Below, one piece after another: positions 53,894-55,501 of a stretch of 55,501 nucleotides of DNA (positions are counted from its first letter, which is position 1; each line of letters opens with the position of its first letter). The DNA is from an uncultured Candidatus Saccharibacteria bacterium (GTDB lineage: Bacteria; Patescibacteriota; Minisyncoccia; Minisyncoccales; GWA2-38-27). Where the stretch lies: positions 47,348 through 102,848 of the forward strand of contig CAYOZF010000001.1 of NCBI GenBank assembly GCA_964408385.1, given 5' to 3'. The notes under the pieces were generated by a model. The model had not been told where the DNA came from. It searched no databases and was given only the letters and a program-made list of their open reading frames with translations. Both the position numbers and the translations under genes were made by a program.

Positions 53894-54740
53894 AATATTT
53901 TCCTCTTTCTTTATATATAACCCTTTTTAATTCCATAAAAGATAATATCTTTCCGGTTTCAGCAGCGGAAATATTTAGGGAACGAGATAATAAATCTATC
54001 TCCATTGGCTCTTTTTGTAATTCTTGAACAATGCGTTTTTCTATTTGTGTAAAATGTACGACACTCGGTGTTGCACATTTAGTAAAACTTTTTCCAAAAA
54101 ATTCTAAAACATCTCCCACTCCAGTTACAACCTCCGCCCCCTGCTTAATTAATTGGTTTATCCCTTTTGAGAGAACGCTGGTCAATGGTCCAGGCACAGC
54201 AAAGATTTTTCTTTTGAATTTTCTGGCAAAATTGGCTGTTATTAAAGAACCACTTCTTTCCCCGGCTTCAACAACCATAACTGCTTTAGACAATCCAGCC
54301 ACAATTCTGTTTCTTCTGGGATAAGTCCAATTAGCTGGAAGGGAGTTTCCTTCATATTCAGAAATAACTAAGCCTTGATTTTTTAATATCTCATCATATA
54401 ATTTTACCTGGTACTCCGGATGAATAATATCAATTCCGCAAGGCATTACCGCAATGGTTTTCCCTCCAACGTCTAAAGCAGCTTTATGAGCTTCGGCATC
54501 AATCCCGTACATAAATCCAGAAACAATTGTTATGCCTCTGCTGGCTATTTCTAAAACCAGCTTCCGAACAACTTGCCTGCCGTAAACCGTCATCTTCCTT
54601 GAACCGACCACTGCCAGACAATTTTCAAAAATATCACTATCCCAATTACCTTTATAATATAACTGCTTCGGAGCATCCCGGCCTAATACCTTAAGCGCTT
54701 TTGGATATCGCGCATCATTTAAAGTTATTTTATTTTCCAT
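53883..54740 (-). CDS. dprA: DNA-processing protein DprA (Smf)
   Basis: Rossmann-like core LAVVGSRKMTVYGRQV...GIDAEAHKAAL...RNRIVAGLS...VVEAGERSGSLITA. Confidence 0.88.
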   Translation of the reverse strand: MENKITLNDARYPKALKVLGRDAPKQLYYKGNWDSDIFENCLAVVGSRKMTVYGRQVVRKLVLEIASRGITIVSGFMYGIDAEAHKAALDVGGKTIAVMPCGIDIIHPEYQVKLYDEILKNQGLVISEYEGNSLPANWTYPRRNRIVAGLSKAVMVVEAGERSGSLITANFARKFKRKIFAVPGPLTSVLSKGINQLIKQGAEVVTGVGDVLEFFGKSFTKCATPSVVHFTQIEKRIVQELQKEPMEIDLLSRSLNISAAETGKILSFMELKRVIYKERGKYYVY

Positions 54741-54767
54741 TAAACTTGAGCTTAATTTTGAATTTCT

Positions 54768-55478
54768 TTATACCGTTCTAGCCAAAGTAAACCCCCAAAC
54801 TTTCTTAATGCCGGCCTGTTTTAAAATCCTGGCACATTCTCTCATGGTTGCCCCGGTAGTAAAAACATCATCAATTAATATTATTTGTAATAAGCTTAGC
54901 TTATTATTATTACAAAATTGAAAGGAGTCTTTGATATTGCTTAAACGTTGTTCTTTGTTTAATTTTGCTTGATCTTCGGTATTTTTTATTTTTTTAAGCA
55001 AACTGACTACTCTACAATTAACTTTCTGCCCAAATTTATCAGCAATAAGCTTAGCTTGATTAAAACCTCTTTTCTTCTCTTTTTTATGGAACATCGGAAC
55101 AAAAGTTACATAAGTATCATTTTCTGATGTAAAAGACAGAAATTCATCAAATCTATTTATCTTATCTTCTGCCACAATCTGAAAACTTCTATCTATAAGT
55201 TCGTTTATAATATCAAATTCACCGCCATACTTAATATTGTGAACAGATTTCTTAACAATACCCTCATAATCCCAGATATTTATCAACCCATCTAAACCAT
55301 ATCTTTTTGAACAAAATAGATGACTTTCTCCTCCAAAACTCCCTTTCCCACAAACTGGACAAACAGGTATTGATTCAGACAAGAAAACCTGACATTTATC
55401 ACATATATATTTTCCTTCTTTGCCGCAGCCTAAACATAATTTAGGAAAAAATATATTTAAAAATAGATCTTTAATCAT
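54768..55478 (-). CDS. comFC: ComF family protein (ComFC; zinc-finger plus PRTase fold)
   Basis: N-terminal Cys pairs CLGCG...CDKC and CPVCG. The PRPP loop is IILIDDVFTTGATM. Confidence 0.85.
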   Translation of the reverse strand: MIKDLFLNIFFPKLCLGCGKEGKYICDKCQVFLSESIPVCPVCGKGSFGGESHLFCSKRYGLDGLINIWDYEGIVKKSVHNIKYGGEFDIINELIDRSFQIVAEDKINRFDEFLSFTSENDTYVTFVPMFHKKEKKRGFNQAKLIADKFGQKVNCRVVSLLKKIKNTEDQAKLNKEQRLSNIKDSFQFCNNNKLSLLQIILIDDVFTTGATMRECARILKQAGIKKVWGFTLARTV

Positions 55479-55501
55479 AGTTCTGGTTCTGGTTCTGGCT
55501 C
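55475..55501 (-). CDS. 3' end of a CDS truncated by the window edge (…EPEPEPEL*), ATGA-overlapping comFC
   Basis: The reverse complement of the (GTTCTG)3 run reads GAG CCA GAA CCA GAA CCA GAA CTA TGA. Confidence 0.35.
   Translation of the reverse strand, partial: EPEPEPEL

Noticed and set aside
55479-55501. (GTTCTG)3 microsatellite at the window end
   Set aside because: On the minus strand it reads in frame as ...EPEPEPEL-stop and overlaps the comFC ATG by ATGA. It is the acidic/proline tail of the truncated upstream CDS rather than a non-coding repeat.

Overview
This is an AT-rich (about one-third GC by eye), very gene-dense bacterial window with about 50 real CDS, one tRNA and one tmRNA. 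There is no rRNA and no CRISPR. It uses the standard code: TGA ends conserved genes such as smpB, ftsK, uvrA and rplT at their expected lengths.

Most of the content is information-processing housekeeping:
- Aminoacyl-tRNA synthetases: metG, glyQS, ileS, argS, trpS.
- Transcription: rpoB-rpoC, greA.
- Chaperonin: groES-groEL.
- Translation and RNA turnover: smpB-ssrA-infC-rpmI-rplT, rpsF-ssb-rpsR, ychF, secG, rnj.
- DNA repair, segregation and uptake: uvrA, recA, recO, polX, ftsK, and comFC-dprA-comM-yraN.

Several traits fit a streamlined Patescibacteria/CPR-like genome. This is an inference, not a database result. The traits are shortened and divergent enzymes, pilin-like LamG proteins, an orphan substrate-binding protein with a peptidoglycan-binding insert, near-absence of Shine-Dalgarno sequences, and many promoters whose -10 box sits 6-9 nt from the ATG (leaderless design).

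I see no classical multi-gene defence island, prophage or integron. The structure not explained by housekeeping is:
1. Two paralogous HUH/Y1 (IS200/RAYT-like) transposase genes, each bracketed by its own short palindromic element, plus orphan copies of one palindrome.
2. A RelE-type toxin-antitoxin pair joined to smpB-tmRNA. The tmRNA is packed with zero spacer against smpB and infC.
3. Two compositional outlier genes that, unlike their neighbours, carry canonical AAGGAG ribosome-binding sites. One is a 317-aa orphan. The other is a PurF-like protein whose glutaminase nucleophile is gone.
4. A cupin-type PGI homologue lacking all three metal-binding histidines.
5. A family of inverted-repeat intergenic elements, one of which swallows the trpS GTG start.
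6. A perfect 38-bp palindrome upstream of greA.
7. Tandem repeats and duplications in the rpsF-ssb-rpsR spacers.

All functional calls come from reading motifs in the translations; no searches were run.
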